Below are positions 19,112 through 29,631 of a DNA stretch of 64,000 nt, piece after piece. Where the stretch lies: assembly GCA_944381115.1 (NCBI GenBank), contig CALWJV010000016.1, positions 67,307-131,306 of the forward strand, in the 5' to 3' direction. Origin of the DNA: an uncultured Clostridia bacterium (GTDB lineage: Bacteria; Bacillota; Clostridia; Oscillospirales; CAG-272). Position 1 is the stretch's first letter. Each line of letters begins with the position of its first letter. A program made the translations under genes and the position numbers. The notes under the pieces are model-generated. The model was not told the origin of the DNA, ran no database searches, and worked only from the letters and a program-made list of their open reading frames with translations.

Positions 19112-19876
19112 ATGCGCAGTATTTATATTTTTACCGGTGAAAACAAAGATGTTGACGGAAAATACAGAAAACTGCTGACAGAAAAAGCGAAAAAATACGG
19201 AGTAAGCATATTGTCCTCTCCGGATGGTGCCGATGCATTAGCAGTTCTCGGAGGCGACGGGACAATACTTCGCATAATACCTACAGCATGTAAATTAAAT
19301 ATTCCGGTAATAGGGGTAAATCTTGGGCGTATAGGGTACATGGCAGAACTTGATGTAAATGAAGATTCACTGATATCAGAGTTTTTTAAGGGTAATTTTT
19401 ACGAGGAAAAAAGAATGACCATAACCGTAGAATCGGACGGTGCCGGATATACGTTTCTTAATGATGCAGTAATTCACTCTCACTCAACACATATGATAAG
19501 ACTCTCCCTTTATTGCAATGAAATTCCGGTTAATACATACAGGGGTGACGGATTGATAATTACCACGCCAACGGGATCCACAGCATACTCCATGTCCGCA
19601 GGAGGTTCTATAATTGACCCGACACTTGAATGCATAGGTGTAACTCCGATATGTACACAGGCGCTTATGGCAAAACCGCTGATTTTTGCTCCCGATAATA
19701 TACTTTCGGTATTGATTGAAACGGACGATGCTATTTTAACTGTTGACGGTGGAAACTCTGTTGAACTCAGAAAAGATACAAAAATAACATTTGTTAAAAG
19801 CAACCAACCTTTAAGGATGATAAAACTTAAAAACGACGGTTTTTTTGGAGTTCTCAGACGTAAATTTTTGGAATAA
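19112..19876 (+). CDS. nadK: NAD kinase
   Basis: GGDGT motif (VLGGDGTILR) and NE/D and TPTGSTAYSMSAGG motifs. Confidence 0.9.
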   Translation: MRSIYIFTGENKDVDGKYRKLLTEKAKKYGVSILSSPDGADALAVLGGDGTILRIIPTACKLNIPVIGVNLGRIGYMAELDVNEDSLISEFFKGNFYEEKRMTITVESDGAGYTFLNDAVIHSHSTHMIRLSLYCNEIPVNTYRGDGLIITTPTGSTAYSMSAGGSIIDPTLECIGVTPICTQALMAKPLIFAPDNILSVLIETDDAILTVDGGNSVELRKDTKITFVKSNQPLRMIKLKNDGFFGVLRRKFLE

Positions 19877-19909
19877 AAACTAAAACTTAAAATTAAGGGA
19901 GAAGACATA

Positions 19910-20365
19910 ATGAAACATTCAAGACAGGAAAAAATACTTAAAATAATCAGCGAAAACACAGTAGAAACACAAGAACAACTTATAGAAAAATTAGAGGAAG
20001 CAGGTTATAATGTCACACAAGCTACGGTATCAAGAGATGTAAGAGAACTGAAACTGACAAAAGTTGCCTGCGGCCTTGGAGTTTATAAATATGTCGTTTC
20101 GAACCGTGATGACCATTCCCATTCCGTGAAATACTTAAATATATTAAAAGAAACCGTTACCTGTGTGGAACATGCGGGCAATCTTGTGGTCGTAAAAACT
20201 TACCCCGGGATGGCACAGGCCGCGGCCGCTGCACTTGACAGTATGGACTGGTCAGAAATAATAGGAAGTATTGCAGGGGATGATACGGTAATGCTCGTAA
20301 TACGGTCAGCCGAAGCATCAAGGTCGTTTGCGCTCGAACTTCACGGACTGATAGATCTGAAATAA
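19910..20365 (+). CDS. argR: arginine repressor
   Basis: 151 aa. Winged-helix N-terminus (QATVSRDVRELKL) and C-terminal arginine-binding motif (GSIAGDDTV). argR-recN synteny. Confidence 0.9.
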   Translation: MKHSRQEKILKIISENTVETQEQLIEKLEEAGYNVTQATVSRDVRELKLTKVACGLGVYKYVVSNRDDHSHSVKYLNILKETVTCVEHAGNLVVVKTYPGMAQAAAAALDSMDWSEIIGSIAGDDTVMLVIRSAEASRSFALELHGLIDLK

Positions 20366-20393
20366 AAACCCATAAAGGCGGTGTTTAAAGGCA

Positions 20394-22082
20394 TTGATAA
20401 CAGAACTTCATATTGAAAATATTGCCGTAATAAAAAAACTTACAGTTGAGTTTAAAAAAGGTTTTTCGGTACTTACCGGAGAGACCGGCGCAGGTAAATC
20501 AATAATAATTGACTCAGTAAACCTTTTACTCGGCGCAAGGAGCGCAAAAGAACTTGTACGTTCCGGAGAACAAACGGCTCTTGTATCCGCATGTTTTTCA
20601 GATATACCGGAAAACATTCTTACAGAACTTGCAGGTTATGGTGTATTTCCCGAAGAAGACGGCAATATTTATCTCCAAAGGACGGTAAGCGCAGAGGGTA
20701 AAGCTTCGGCAAAATTGAACGGAAGAAGTGTTCCGGCATCTCTTCTTAAAGATATAGGAATATATCTTATAAATATACATGGTCAGCATGACAGCGGAAA
20801 ACTGATTTCCCCAGAAAATCATATAGATTTTCTTGACGGATATACCGGAACAGGTCCGCTTTTAAATGACTACTCCGTAAAATACGGAGAGCTTCTTGAA
20901 ATAAGAAAAAAACTCCGTCAAAATACCAAAAGTGAAAACGAACTTCAAGAACGTATAGAAATTTTGAATCATAAGATATCCGAAATAGAATCTGCAAAAC
21001 TGAAAAACGGCGAAGAAAATGTACTGCTTTTAAAACGCGAGAAGATAAAAAACCTTGAAAAAATATCACGATATTCAACACAAATAGAAAAAAATCTTGT
21101 AGGTAACGAAAATTCCGCATGCGAACTTATTGCTCAGGCGAAAGAAGCCGTCTCTCATTTAAACGGAACACTTGAAGGCGCGGAAAAAATTTATGAACGC
21201 CTTGATTTTTGCCTTTTGGAACTTAAGGATATAGCGGAAAGCACAGCGCTGATAACGGACTGGGATGTAACTGATCCTGAATCAGAACTTGACCGAATAG
21301 AAACAAGACTTGATGTTATTGAAAGATTAAAGAAAAAATACGCGCCAAGTATTTCCGAAATTCTTGAAAGTAAAGAAAACGCCAAAAAAGAACTTGCCCT
21401 ATTAAATAACAACGGACAAATCGTAGAAAAATTGAAAAAGGAACTTATCGCAAAGGCTAAAGAGACATATGCGGCAGCAGATAAAATAACGGAATTGAGA
21501 AAAAACGCAGCAAAAAAACTTTCATCTGAGATAAGTAAGCAACTAAGATACCTTGATCTTGAAAAAGTTGTATTTGAAGTAAGTGTCAGCGATATAAAAG
21601 GCGAGGACGGTAAAAAACGCTTTTCACCCAAAGGATGCGACAACGTTGAATTTCTTATATCCACAAACCCCGGAGAACCGCTTAAACCTCTTTCAAAGGT
21701 GGCATCTGGTGGAGAACTTTCACGTATCATGCTTTCTCTTAAAAGCGTGCTTGCAGACAGTGACGGTGTACAGACCGTAATATTTGACGAAATAGACACT
21801 GGAGTTTCCGGAAAAACATCCCAAAAAATTGGTATAAGGCTTTCCGATCTTTCAAAGTCAGTACAGGTAATCTGTATAACTCATTCGGCACAGATTGCCG
21901 CTTATGCCGATACACACTATAAAATAATCAAGACAGAAAAAGAGGGCAGATCAGAAACGTATATTAAAGATCTTAACCGTGACGAACGGATAAAAGAACT
22001 TTCGCGTATAATGGGTGGTATAAACATTACTGACACGGTTATGAAAAGTGCCTCAGAAATTCTTACTGCGGCAGGAAAATAA
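20394..22082 (+). CDS. recN: DNA repair protein RecN
   Basis: TTG start. SMC-like Walker A GETGAGKS, long coiled coil, signature SGGELSR, Walker B VIFDEIDTG. Confidence 0.92.
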   Translation: MITELHIENIAVIKKLTVEFKKGFSVLTGETGAGKSIIIDSVNLLLGARSAKELVRSGEQTALVSACFSDIPENILTELAGYGVFPEEDGNIYLQRTVSAEGKASAKLNGRSVPASLLKDIGIYLINIHGQHDSGKLISPENHIDFLDGYTGTGPLLNDYSVKYGELLEIRKKLRQNTKSENELQERIEILNHKISEIESAKLKNGEENVLLLKREKIKNLEKISRYSTQIEKNLVGNENSACELIAQAKEAVSHLNGTLEGAEKIYERLDFCLLELKDIAESTALITDWDVTDPESELDRIETRLDVIERLKKKYAPSISEILESKENAKKELALLNNNGQIVEKLKKELIAKAKETYAAADKITELRKNAAKKLSSEISKQLRYLDLEKVVFEVSVSDIKGEDGKKRFSPKGCDNVEFLISTNPGEPLKPLSKVASGGELSRIMLSLKSVLADSDGVQTVIFDEIDTGVSGKTSQKIGIRLSDLSKSVQVICITHSAQIAAYADTHYKIIKTEKEGRSETYIKDLNRDERIKELSRIMGGINITDTVMKSASEILTAAGK

Positions 22083-22163
22083 TTTTTGCGCATATATAAA
22101 CCGACCGCATCTGCATATGAAAAGAAAAAGATATAAAAATTTATATAAATCAGGAGAAAAACA

Positions 22164-23387
22164 ATGGGACTTTATAAAGAGTTTGAAGAAAGGGGCATGA
22201 TTGCTCAGGCAACTGACCCCGAGGCTATTGAAAAATTACTTGACAACGAAAAAGTCACCTTTTATATAGGATTTGACCCAACGGCAGACAGCCTTCATGT
22301 AGGACATTTTTTGCAGATGAAGATAATGGCTCACATGCAAAAGTACGGACATCACCCGATAGCACTTTTCGGTGGAGGGACCGGTATGATCGGGGACCCT
22401 TCGGGTAAAAGTGACATGCGTAAAATGATGACCAAGGAAACAATTGCACACAATATAGAATGCTTCAAAAAACAAATGTCAAAATTCATTGATGTTTCAG
22501 AAGGAAAGGCAACATTTTTAAACAACGGTGACTGGCTCCTTGATATGAATTACATTGACTTTCTCCGTGATATAGGTGTACACTTCTCAGTAAACCGTAT
22601 GCTTTCTGCAGAATGCTACAAAACAAGGCTTGAAAGAGGACTCACTTTTCTTGAATTTAACTATATGCTTATGCAGAGTTACGATTTTTACAAACTGAAT
22701 AATGACTTTGGTTGTAAACTTGAATTTGGCGGAGACGATCAGTGGTCCAACATTATAGGAGGAGTTGAACTTATTAGACGTAAGACCGGCAAAGAGGCAT
22801 ACGGACTTACCTTTACTCTTCTTACAAACAGTGAAGGCAAAAAAATGGGGAAAACAGAAAAGGGCGCTGTTTGGCTTGACCCTGAAAAAACTCCTCCGTA
22901 CGAATTTTTCCAATATTGGAGAAACGTGGGAGACGCCGATGTTATAAAATGCCTAAAATTACTTACATTTCTTCCAATGGACAAAATCAGAGAATATGAA
23001 AAACTGGAAGGCTTTGAAATCAATCAAGCAAAAGAAGTTCTCGCTTATGAGGTAACAAAACTCATACACGGAGAAAATGAGGCAACAAAAGCTTTAAATG
23101 CAGCAAAAGCGGTATTCGTAGCGGGTACAGCATCTGATGATATGCCAACTACAAATGTATCTGCGGATACATTTACAGATGGTAAGATCAGTGTGGTCGA
23201 GCTTATGATTTTAAGCAAACTGGCATCCTCTAAAGGAGAGGCAAGACGCCTTATAATTCAAGGCGGCATAACCCTTAACGATGAAAAGATAAGCGATATA
23301 AATGCTACAGTTTCAAAGGATGCTTTTTCAAACAGTGTCATTATAAAAAAAGGAAAAAAAGTATTTCACAAATTTGATCTGGTTTGA
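22164..23387 (+). CDS. tyrS: tyrosine--tRNA ligase
   Basis: Class I HIGH-type (LHVGHF) and KMSKS-type (KMGKT) motifs. C-terminal S4-like domain. Confidence 0.92.
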   Translation: MGLYKEFEERGMIAQATDPEAIEKLLDNEKVTFYIGFDPTADSLHVGHFLQMKIMAHMQKYGHHPIALFGGGTGMIGDPSGKSDMRKMMTKETIAHNIECFKKQMSKFIDVSEGKATFLNNGDWLLDMNYIDFLRDIGVHFSVNRMLSAECYKTRLERGLTFLEFNYMLMQSYDFYKLNNDFGCKLEFGGDDQWSNIIGGVELIRRKTGKEAYGLTFTLLTNSEGKKMGKTEKGAVWLDPEKTPPYEFFQYWRNVGDADVIKCLKLLTFLPMDKIREYEKLEGFEINQAKEVLAYEVTKLIHGENEATKALNAAKAVFVAGTASDDMPTTNVSADTFTDGKISVVELMILSKLASSKGEARRLIIQGGITLNDEKISDINATVSKDAFSNSVIIKKGKKVFHKFDLV

Positions 23388-23488
23388 TACCGGTTCAACC
23401 AAAACTCAAAACACCGTTCTTTAATCTGCGTATTAAACAGATTTTGATCTGAATATTTTTATGTGATTGTTTTTATAACGGGAGACTT

Positions 23489-24457
23489 ATGGAAAAAAAT
23501 TTTTCTTTATTTCTTAAGGAAGCCCAAAATAAAGGCAGTTTAAAATATTTCACAAATTTCGATTTGTCATCGGTCTGCTCTGCAGGAACCGGAGGAAGCG
23601 CAGTCTTTTTTATAACTCCGTACACCGTTTCTTCACTGACAGAGACTGTAAAATCCGCAAACTGCTGCGGTATAAAATACAGAGTGATCGGAAATGCCTC
23701 GAATATACTTTTCCCGGACCAAGGGTTTGACGGAGCAATAATTTCTTCAAAAAAAATAAACACCGTACGTGTAAATATTAACAGCGAGACCGGAAAGAAG
23801 GAAATTTACGCAGAATGCGGTGTAATGCTTCCCGTTCTTTCAAAACTTGCACTCAAAAATTCCCTTTATGGATTTGCCGGTCTTACTTCGATCCCAGCAA
23901 CAGTCGGAGGTGCTCTTATAACTAATGCGGGTGCGTTCGGCGATGAAATCTCCGACACACTGACATCATTTACCGTTTATCTTCCTGAACGCGATAAAAC
24001 AGAGGAAAGAACACCTGCGTCTTACCCATTTTCTTACCGTAACAGCAATGCCGCCGAAGGAGGCGCGATCATTCTTTCAGCACTGTTTTCACCAAACACG
24101 GCAAACATGGTAGAAATAAGAGAAAAGATGTTACAAAACACAGAAAAGAGAAAGGCGACACAACCGTTTGGTGTTAAAAGCGTAGGAAGTTTTTTTAAAA
24201 AACCGGATTATATTACGGTAAATAAAAATGTATCTTCTGAGTTTTACGGAAAATCAGCAGGAGAAATCATTGAGATATGCGGGCTTAAGGGAAAAACAAT
24301 AGGCGGAGCCTCTGTTTCAAAAAAACACGCAGGTTTTTTAATAAACTCCGGAAATGCTACTACGAGTGACTTTTTGTTGCTTGCCGAGAATGTAAAACGC
24401 ATTGTTTTTGAAAAAACCGGAATCATTCTTATTGAAGAGTGTATAAAAATAAATTAA
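23489..24457 (+). CDS. murB: UDP-N-acetylenolpyruvoylglucosamine reductase
   Basis: 322 aa with an FAD-binding PCMH-type N-terminal domain (GNASNILF) and a MurB C-terminal region (GSFFKKP, SKKHAGFLIN). Confidence 0.85.
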   Translation: MEKNFSLFLKEAQNKGSLKYFTNFDLSSVCSAGTGGSAVFFITPYTVSSLTETVKSANCCGIKYRVIGNASNILFPDQGFDGAIISSKKINTVRVNINSETGKKEIYAECGVMLPVLSKLALKNSLYGFAGLTSIPATVGGALITNAGAFGDEISDTLTSFTVYLPERDKTEERTPASYPFSYRNSNAAEGGAIILSALFSPNTANMVEIREKMLQNTEKRKATQPFGVKSVGSFFKKPDYITVNKNVSSEFYGKSAGEIIEICGLKGKTIGGASVSKKHAGFLINSGNATTSDFLLLAENVKRIVFEKTGIILIEECIKIN

Positions 24458-24576
24458 AACCTTTGCTACTATTTAAAAGCAACAGACCGTATTGAAAATA
24501 TAAGAAGCCGTAAATTTTTATTAGTAAAGATAATAAATTAAACCTTGCTTAAATCAACATAAAAACGGAGGTTAAA

Positions 24577-25443
24577 ATGCGCTATTTAATAGTTACCGGC
24601 ATGAGCGGAGCCGGAAAAACCAGTGCCGCAAATACGCTTGAAGATATCGGATTTTACTGCATAGACAATATGCCGGTCGCCCTTATTTCTAAATTTGCCG
24701 AACTTTATTCGGAAACAAATTCAGGACGGGACGTTGCTTTTATTGTTGACGTAAGAGGAGAAACAGATTTTACACCTCTTGAAAGCGAGGTCAAATCCCT
24801 AAAAGAAAGCGGATACGACTGTAAGGTTATGGTTATGGACTGTACCGATGCAGTACTTATCAACAGGTATAAAGAAACAAGAAGAATACATCCGCTTTCA
24901 GCTTTTAGAAATATACCTGTATCCGAAGCACTTCTTCTCGAAAGAAAACTTTTGTCAAACATATTTGAACTTGCCGATTATAAAATAGATACTACATATC
25001 TTTCTCCGGTGCAGACAAGAGAACAGATACAGCGTTTACTTTTGAACAATACTAAAAAGAAGTCGCTGACCACAAATATTATATCATTCGGCTTTAAAAA
25101 TGGAATTGTCGCAGAAGCGGATCTCGTGTTTGATGTACGCTGCTTTCCAAATCCTTTTTATATTCCTGAACTTAAAAATCTTACCGGACTTGATGCACCT
25201 GTAAGAGAATATGTAATGAGTTCTCAACAGACAATGATCTTTTTGGAAAAACTTTACGACATGATAGATTTTCTGTTACCAAATTATATTTCTGAAGGAA
25301 AAAAACATTTGACTGTAGCAATAGGCTGTACGGGAGGAAAGCACCGATCCGTGGCAATTGCAGAGGCACTGACGACACATTTGAAAGAAAATGGAGAAAA
25401 TGCTGTTGTAACGCACAGAGATATAAGGAACGGGAAAACCTGA
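24577..25443 (+). CDS. rapZ: RNase adapter protein RapZ (YvcJ family P-loop NTPase)
   Basis: Walker A GMSGAGKTS, FDVRCFPNPFY, GCTGGKHRSV motifs. Confidence 0.9.
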   Translation: MRYLIVTGMSGAGKTSAANTLEDIGFYCIDNMPVALISKFAELYSETNSGRDVAFIVDVRGETDFTPLESEVKSLKESGYDCKVMVMDCTDAVLINRYKETRRIHPLSAFRNIPVSEALLLERKLLSNIFELADYKIDTTYLSPVQTREQIQRLLLNNTKKKSLTTNIISFGFKNGIVAEADLVFDVRCFPNPFYIPELKNLTGLDAPVREYVMSSQQTMIFLEKLYDMIDFLLPNYISEGKKHLTVAIGCTGGKHRSVAIAEALTTHLKENGENAVVTHRDIRNGKT

Positions 25444-25731
25444 AGTACATTTCAAAAAAACAAAAATGCATTTAATTCATCTTGACTGTATTCAAAAACA
25501 CAGGAAATATATCTGTAAGCAAAAGACCAAAATTGACATTTAAAACACAAAATCCCACAAATAAAGAAGCTGTACATCAATATTACAAATAAACTTTACA
25601 TATTGTGAAAATCAGGTTTTTCAACGCGGAGAAAAAATTATTTAAGGTGAATGGTTTAATTCAGGCTTTCAAATAATTGTTAAAATAAAATGTTATTAAT
25701 ATAACGTCGTTAAAAAACAAGGAAAAAAGAT

Positions 25732-28059
25732 ATGAATTTTACAGAAAAACTTTCCTCGCAAATAAAAAACAGTCCTTTTTATTGCAGACCGCTGGCGTTT
25801 ATGTCAGCGGCTTTTCTCATTTCACTTTTTCTTTTTAAATTAGGAATTTTTTATTTTTGTGTCTTTTTGACGTTTATATTTATATATTCTTTATATTTGA
25901 TAATTACCGGTATAAAGAAATTTAATTTAAAAAATCCTCTGCCTTTCCTACTTATTATGTCAACTCTTATCACACCTTTTATTTCTTTGCCGGGAATATT
26001 ACAACAGGAAAATCTGAAAAATTACTATGGAAAAACAGTCGAAGTTAAAGTAGTCATTGAAAATACCTATTACAGTGAAAGTTACGGTTCAATGCATGTG
26101 GTAAAACTTAAAGAAATTGACGGCAAAAGATGTCATGGAAATGCCATACTTGAAATAAAAGAAGATCTTGAATTTCAACCGTATGATACTCTTGTCATTG
26201 AATCAGAAATAATCGATACAGAAAAAATGCTTACTTTAAGTGAAAAACTCAACCGTATATCAAACGGTATATACATAGATATGACATCCGAAACAGTAAA
26301 AACCGTGACAGATGAAAACAAAAGTGGCTTTTTATACGGTATGTATAAAATAAAAATCAATATGTCAGATTATCTGCACAGTTGTTTAAATCCTGCTGCG
26401 GCAGATTTTGCTACCGCGCTTTTTGTCGGAGATACCGGTCCGCTTCCAATGAGTTTTAAACGGGATATGTCTGCAATCGGAATTTCACATATTTTAGCGG
26501 TCAGCGGCATGCATACTTCAATGATAGCAGCAATGGTCGGATTTCTTCTTAACAGAACACATTCAGGAAGAAAAACCAAAGCGGTAATAACCTGTTTTGC
26601 CTGCATTGCATTTATGTTTATCGCAGGACTTTCACCATGTGTCGTAAGAACCGTTATTATGCTAATATTTTCTGCCATACCATGTTTTTTCGGAAGACGT
26701 GCCGACAGTATAACAGCATTGATGCTTTCTGCAGATATACTTTGTCTTTTTTCTCCCAACAGTGTTCTTTCCTGTAGTTTTCTTCTCTCATTTTTTGCTA
26801 CACTCGGAATAGTTCTCTCCGCTTCATACATATCAAAAAGAGCAAGAAACGACTTATATAAGGCAATAAATGGCGAAATGAGAAAATTATATAAGATTTT
26901 CAGACCTGTTGTTTTATCCGCAATAGTCAGTCTTTCCGCTTCCGCCTTTACTGTCCCTGTTCTTGCACTTTATTTCGGAAAAGTCTCTTTTGTTGCTGTT
27001 ATTTCAAATTTTATAGCCGTTCCTTGCTCTGATTATTCAATGATACTGCTTATACTAATCTTTATTTTTGGAAAAATTCCGATAATCGGAGCGTTACCGA
27101 TATTTTTATTTGAAACAGTTTATGATTTTCTCCTATCATTTTCCGGATTTATGGCAAAAAATTTTGAAACGACCGTTTCTCTTCGTTATCCGTTTTTCTT
27201 TTTAATAATGATGTTGTTTGTGTCTATTTTGCTTTTTCTGAGGCTGCAAGGAATAAGGAATCCCGGCTCTCCGATTGCCGCATTTCTTGCTTGCACACTT
27301 ATTTTCGTGTCCTGTGTTCAGATATATGATGTTTCGGTACAAGACAGAGGAGAAGTAATTTATACTGCAAATAAAAATTCAGACGGTCTGCTCGTTACAA
27401 GCGGAAATCAAAATCTTTACATAGACATCGGAGATGGATCAAAGTCGCTGCCGGCTCAGGGGTTTCACTTTATTGAAAACAGATATTACCAAACGGAAAT
27501 TGACGCTTATATGTTTACTCATTATCACAGCAGACACATCGGAACTATAAAATATATTCTGTCGAGAAATTACATAAAGCAGATATATCTTCCGGAACCG
27601 GAAACAGAAAGCGAATTATCTTTTTACAAATCAATCTTTGAACTTGTTTCCGGTGAATGTAAGATAATAAAATTTGTAAGAGGTGAAACCGTTAAGTTCG
27701 GTAACGCTGATATAGAGACCATTCCTTATACATTACTTAACCGTTCAACACATCCTCCTCTTGCTGTTAAAATTGCATTTGGAACGAGAGCGATCCTTTA
27801 TTTTGGTTCTTCTGTTATGGAATCGGACTCTGCATACTTTTTATTGGAAATGATAAATAGTTGCAAAACAATAATTATTGGGCGTCACGGACCTAAAACC
27901 AAGGAAAATATAAAAATCCCGATACCCGGCGATGCAAACGTTTATTTGAGTCCGTTTGAAGATACCGCCGAAACCGAGATTTTGTCTGAAGCCAATTTTA
28001 ATTATCTTACGGCTGATGATAACGGATTTTCATCGGTTGTTTTTAAACTTTGCAATTAA
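25732..28059 (+). CDS. comEC: DNA internalization-related competence protein ComEC/Rec2
   Basis: 775 aa. Polytopic competence domain (ISHILAVSGMH) plus a C-terminal metallo-beta-lactamase-like domain (YIDIGDG..., THYHSRHIG). Confidence 0.85.
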   Translation: MNFTEKLSSQIKNSPFYCRPLAFMSAAFLISLFLFKLGIFYFCVFLTFIFIYSLYLIITGIKKFNLKNPLPFLLIMSTLITPFISLPGILQQENLKNYYGKTVEVKVVIENTYYSESYGSMHVVKLKEIDGKRCHGNAILEIKEDLEFQPYDTLVIESEIIDTEKMLTLSEKLNRISNGIYIDMTSETVKTVTDENKSGFLYGMYKIKINMSDYLHSCLNPAAADFATALFVGDTGPLPMSFKRDMSAIGISHILAVSGMHTSMIAAMVGFLLNRTHSGRKTKAVITCFACIAFMFIAGLSPCVVRTVIMLIFSAIPCFFGRRADSITALMLSADILCLFSPNSVLSCSFLLSFFATLGIVLSASYISKRARNDLYKAINGEMRKLYKIFRPVVLSAIVSLSASAFTVPVLALYFGKVSFVAVISNFIAVPCSDYSMILLILIFIFGKIPIIGALPIFLFETVYDFLLSFSGFMAKNFETTVSLRYPFFFLIMMLFVSILLFLRLQGIRNPGSPIAAFLACTLIFVSCVQIYDVSVQDRGEVIYTANKNSDGLLVTSGNQNLYIDIGDGSKSLPAQGFHFIENRYYQTEIDAYMFTHYHSRHIGTIKYILSRNYIKQIYLPEPETESELSFYKSIFELVSGECKIIKFVRGETVKFGNADIETIPYTLLNRSTHPPLAVKIAFGTRAILYFGSSVMESDSAYFLLEMINSCKTIIIGRHGPKTKENIKIPIPGDANVYLSPFEDTAETEILSEANFNYLTADDNGFSSVVFKLCN

Positions 28060-28206
28060 AAACTGCCTTTCTTTATAATAAAAATTGACTATTTTGAAAA
28101 AAATCAAAATCAATGACTGTATTTATTAATAAACGCCCAATAACTTTTTCCTACAAAGTAAATTATACTTTTTTGACTTTGTCATAATTTTAGTTATTTA
28201 AATATG

Positions 28207-29376
28207 TCATGAAAAATTATTAGCCATTTTTTTACAAAGTTGCAAAAAATCTATGCCTTTGTATTCCGCTGCCTGAGGCAAAAGACTGGTCGCGGTCATA
28301 CCGGGTATGGTGTTTGCCTCCAAAACATAAATCAAATTAGTTTTATCTTCAATCATAATGTCTACTCTGCAAAAATTTGAAAGCCCAAGTGCTTTATGCA
28401 CTTTTAAAGCAAGTTTTAATACGCGTTTTGTTAATTCTTTCGAAATGTTGGCAGGAGTTATTTCCTCAGTCTTGCCCGGTGTGTATTTACTTTCATAATC
28501 ATAGAATCCGTCATGCGCTATTATCTCAGTTACCGCAAGCGCCTTGTCTTCAAGCACACCTACAGTAAATTCCCGTCCTTTTACAGCCGCTTCAAGCAGT
28601 ACCGTATCGCATTTTTTCATTGCATTCTTTACTGATTCTGAAAGTTGTTCCCGTGTTTTCACAAACGAAACACCTACACTAGAACCCTCATTTGCCGGTT
28701 TTACTACACATGGAAACCGAGGAGGTACCGGAGGTCTTTTGTCATTTTTTCTGTATACCGTATATATCGGAGTAAGTATACCAACACTTTCAAAAATCTG
28801 TTTTGCACGTAATTTGTCCATGGCGACAGCAGAACCTTCCGGTGAACTTCCAAAATACTTTATTCCAAGGCATTCAAAAAGAGCCTGTAACCTGCCGTTT
28901 TCTCCCATACCGCCGTGAAGCATAATAAAAACAGCATCTGCCATTTTGCATAAAGTCAAAACACTGTCGGTTATAAACGCTTTTTCCCGGCAATGGTAAG
29001 AAAAAGTGCCTGAAAAAGGAAAAACGTCTTTTTCGTTACTACCAAAACTCATTGCCTTTTTGAAACGGGGTATACCCTTTGTGTATTCTGAGATATCTGT
29101 ACCTTCGGGCTTTAAGATATCTGTACCTTTGGGCTTTAAGATATCTGTACCTTTGGGCTCCGTTTTTTTTGAATCCCAAAAAAACGGATTTTTTAATTTA
29201 AGTTCTTCAAAGCTGCAGAAAAAATGTTTTTTGGAAATATCAACATCGCTTGTAGGATCTGCCAGTGCAGTTTCAAGACCAAGTTTGCAAAATGCCTCTG
29301 CAACTCTTTTACCGGAAGAAACCGAAACTTCCTTTTCAGATCCGCTTCCTCCGGCAAGTACAAGTATTTTTTTCAT
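28207..29376 (-). CDS. ddl: D-alanine--D-alanine ligase (with N-domain insertion)
   Basis: N-terminus MKKILVLAGGSGSEKEVSVSSG, HGGMGENG motif, ATP-grasp core, C-terminal EANTIPGMTATSLLPQAA. 389 aa because of an extra segment at about aa 41-146. Confidence 0.88.
   Translation of the reverse strand: MKKILVLAGGSGSEKEVSVSSGKRVAEAFCKLGLETALADPTSDVDISKKHFFCSFEELKLKNPFFWDSKKTEPKGTDILKPKGTDILKPEGTDISEYTKGIPRFKKAMSFGSNEKDVFPFSGTFSYHCREKAFITDSVLTLCKMADAVFIMLHGGMGENGRLQALFECLGIKYFGSSPEGSAVAMDKLRAKQIFESVGILTPIYTVYRKNDKRPPVPPRFPCVVKPANEGSSVGVSFVKTREQLSESVKNAMKKCDTVLLEAAVKGREFTVGVLEDKALAVTEIIAHDGFYDYESKYTPGKTEEITPANISKELTKRVLKLALKVHKALGLSNFCRVDIMIEDKTNLIYVLEANTIPGMTATSLLPQAAEYKGIDFLQLCKKMANNFS
29091..29160 (-). 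repeat. 24-bp in-frame tandem repeat (about 2.9 copies) inside ddl
   Basis: agatatctgtacct(t/c)gggcttta repeated at 29091, 29115 and 29139. Encodes EPKGTDIL-KPKGTDIL-KPEGTDIS on the minus strand. Confidence 0.95.
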
Positions 29377-29492
29377 TACAAATATCCTTTCAAAATCTTT
29401 TTTGGATGCTTAAACCCATTGCCGTAAGCCAGTCAATGAACGGTACATTGTATTCCTGCTATAAAAAAACACACCAGGTTAAAGCAAAAAAT

Positions 29493-29527
29493 AAAAACGG
29501 TTTGTCTATAATTTAGACAGACCGTTT
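29493..29527 (-). terminator. rho-independent terminator downstream of the SpoVM-like ORF
   Basis: Minus-strand RNA acggucugucu-aaauuau-agacaaaccgu (one mismatch) followed by uuuuauuuuuu. Confidence 0.5.
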
Positions 29528-29631
29528 CATTGTTTTAATGTATCCGTTTTATACTTTTTAAAGAATCAAGGGCGATCCGAATGCAAATTTTTCTTTTAAT
29601 ATCCTGAATAGTATTTTCTCAGTTTCTTATT

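Noticed and set aside
22083-22163. Possible T-box riboswitch upstream of tyrS.
   Set aside because: The intergenic region is only 81 nt and AT-rich, which is far too short for a T-box leader (typically over 200 nt). I saw no T-box consensus or terminator/antiterminator pair.
25444-25731. rapZ is followed by comEC rather than the usual yvcK-whiA genes.
   Set aside because: A synteny break alone is weak evidence. The missing genes may simply be elsewhere in the genome, and the 288-bp spacer contains no ORF or structure of note.
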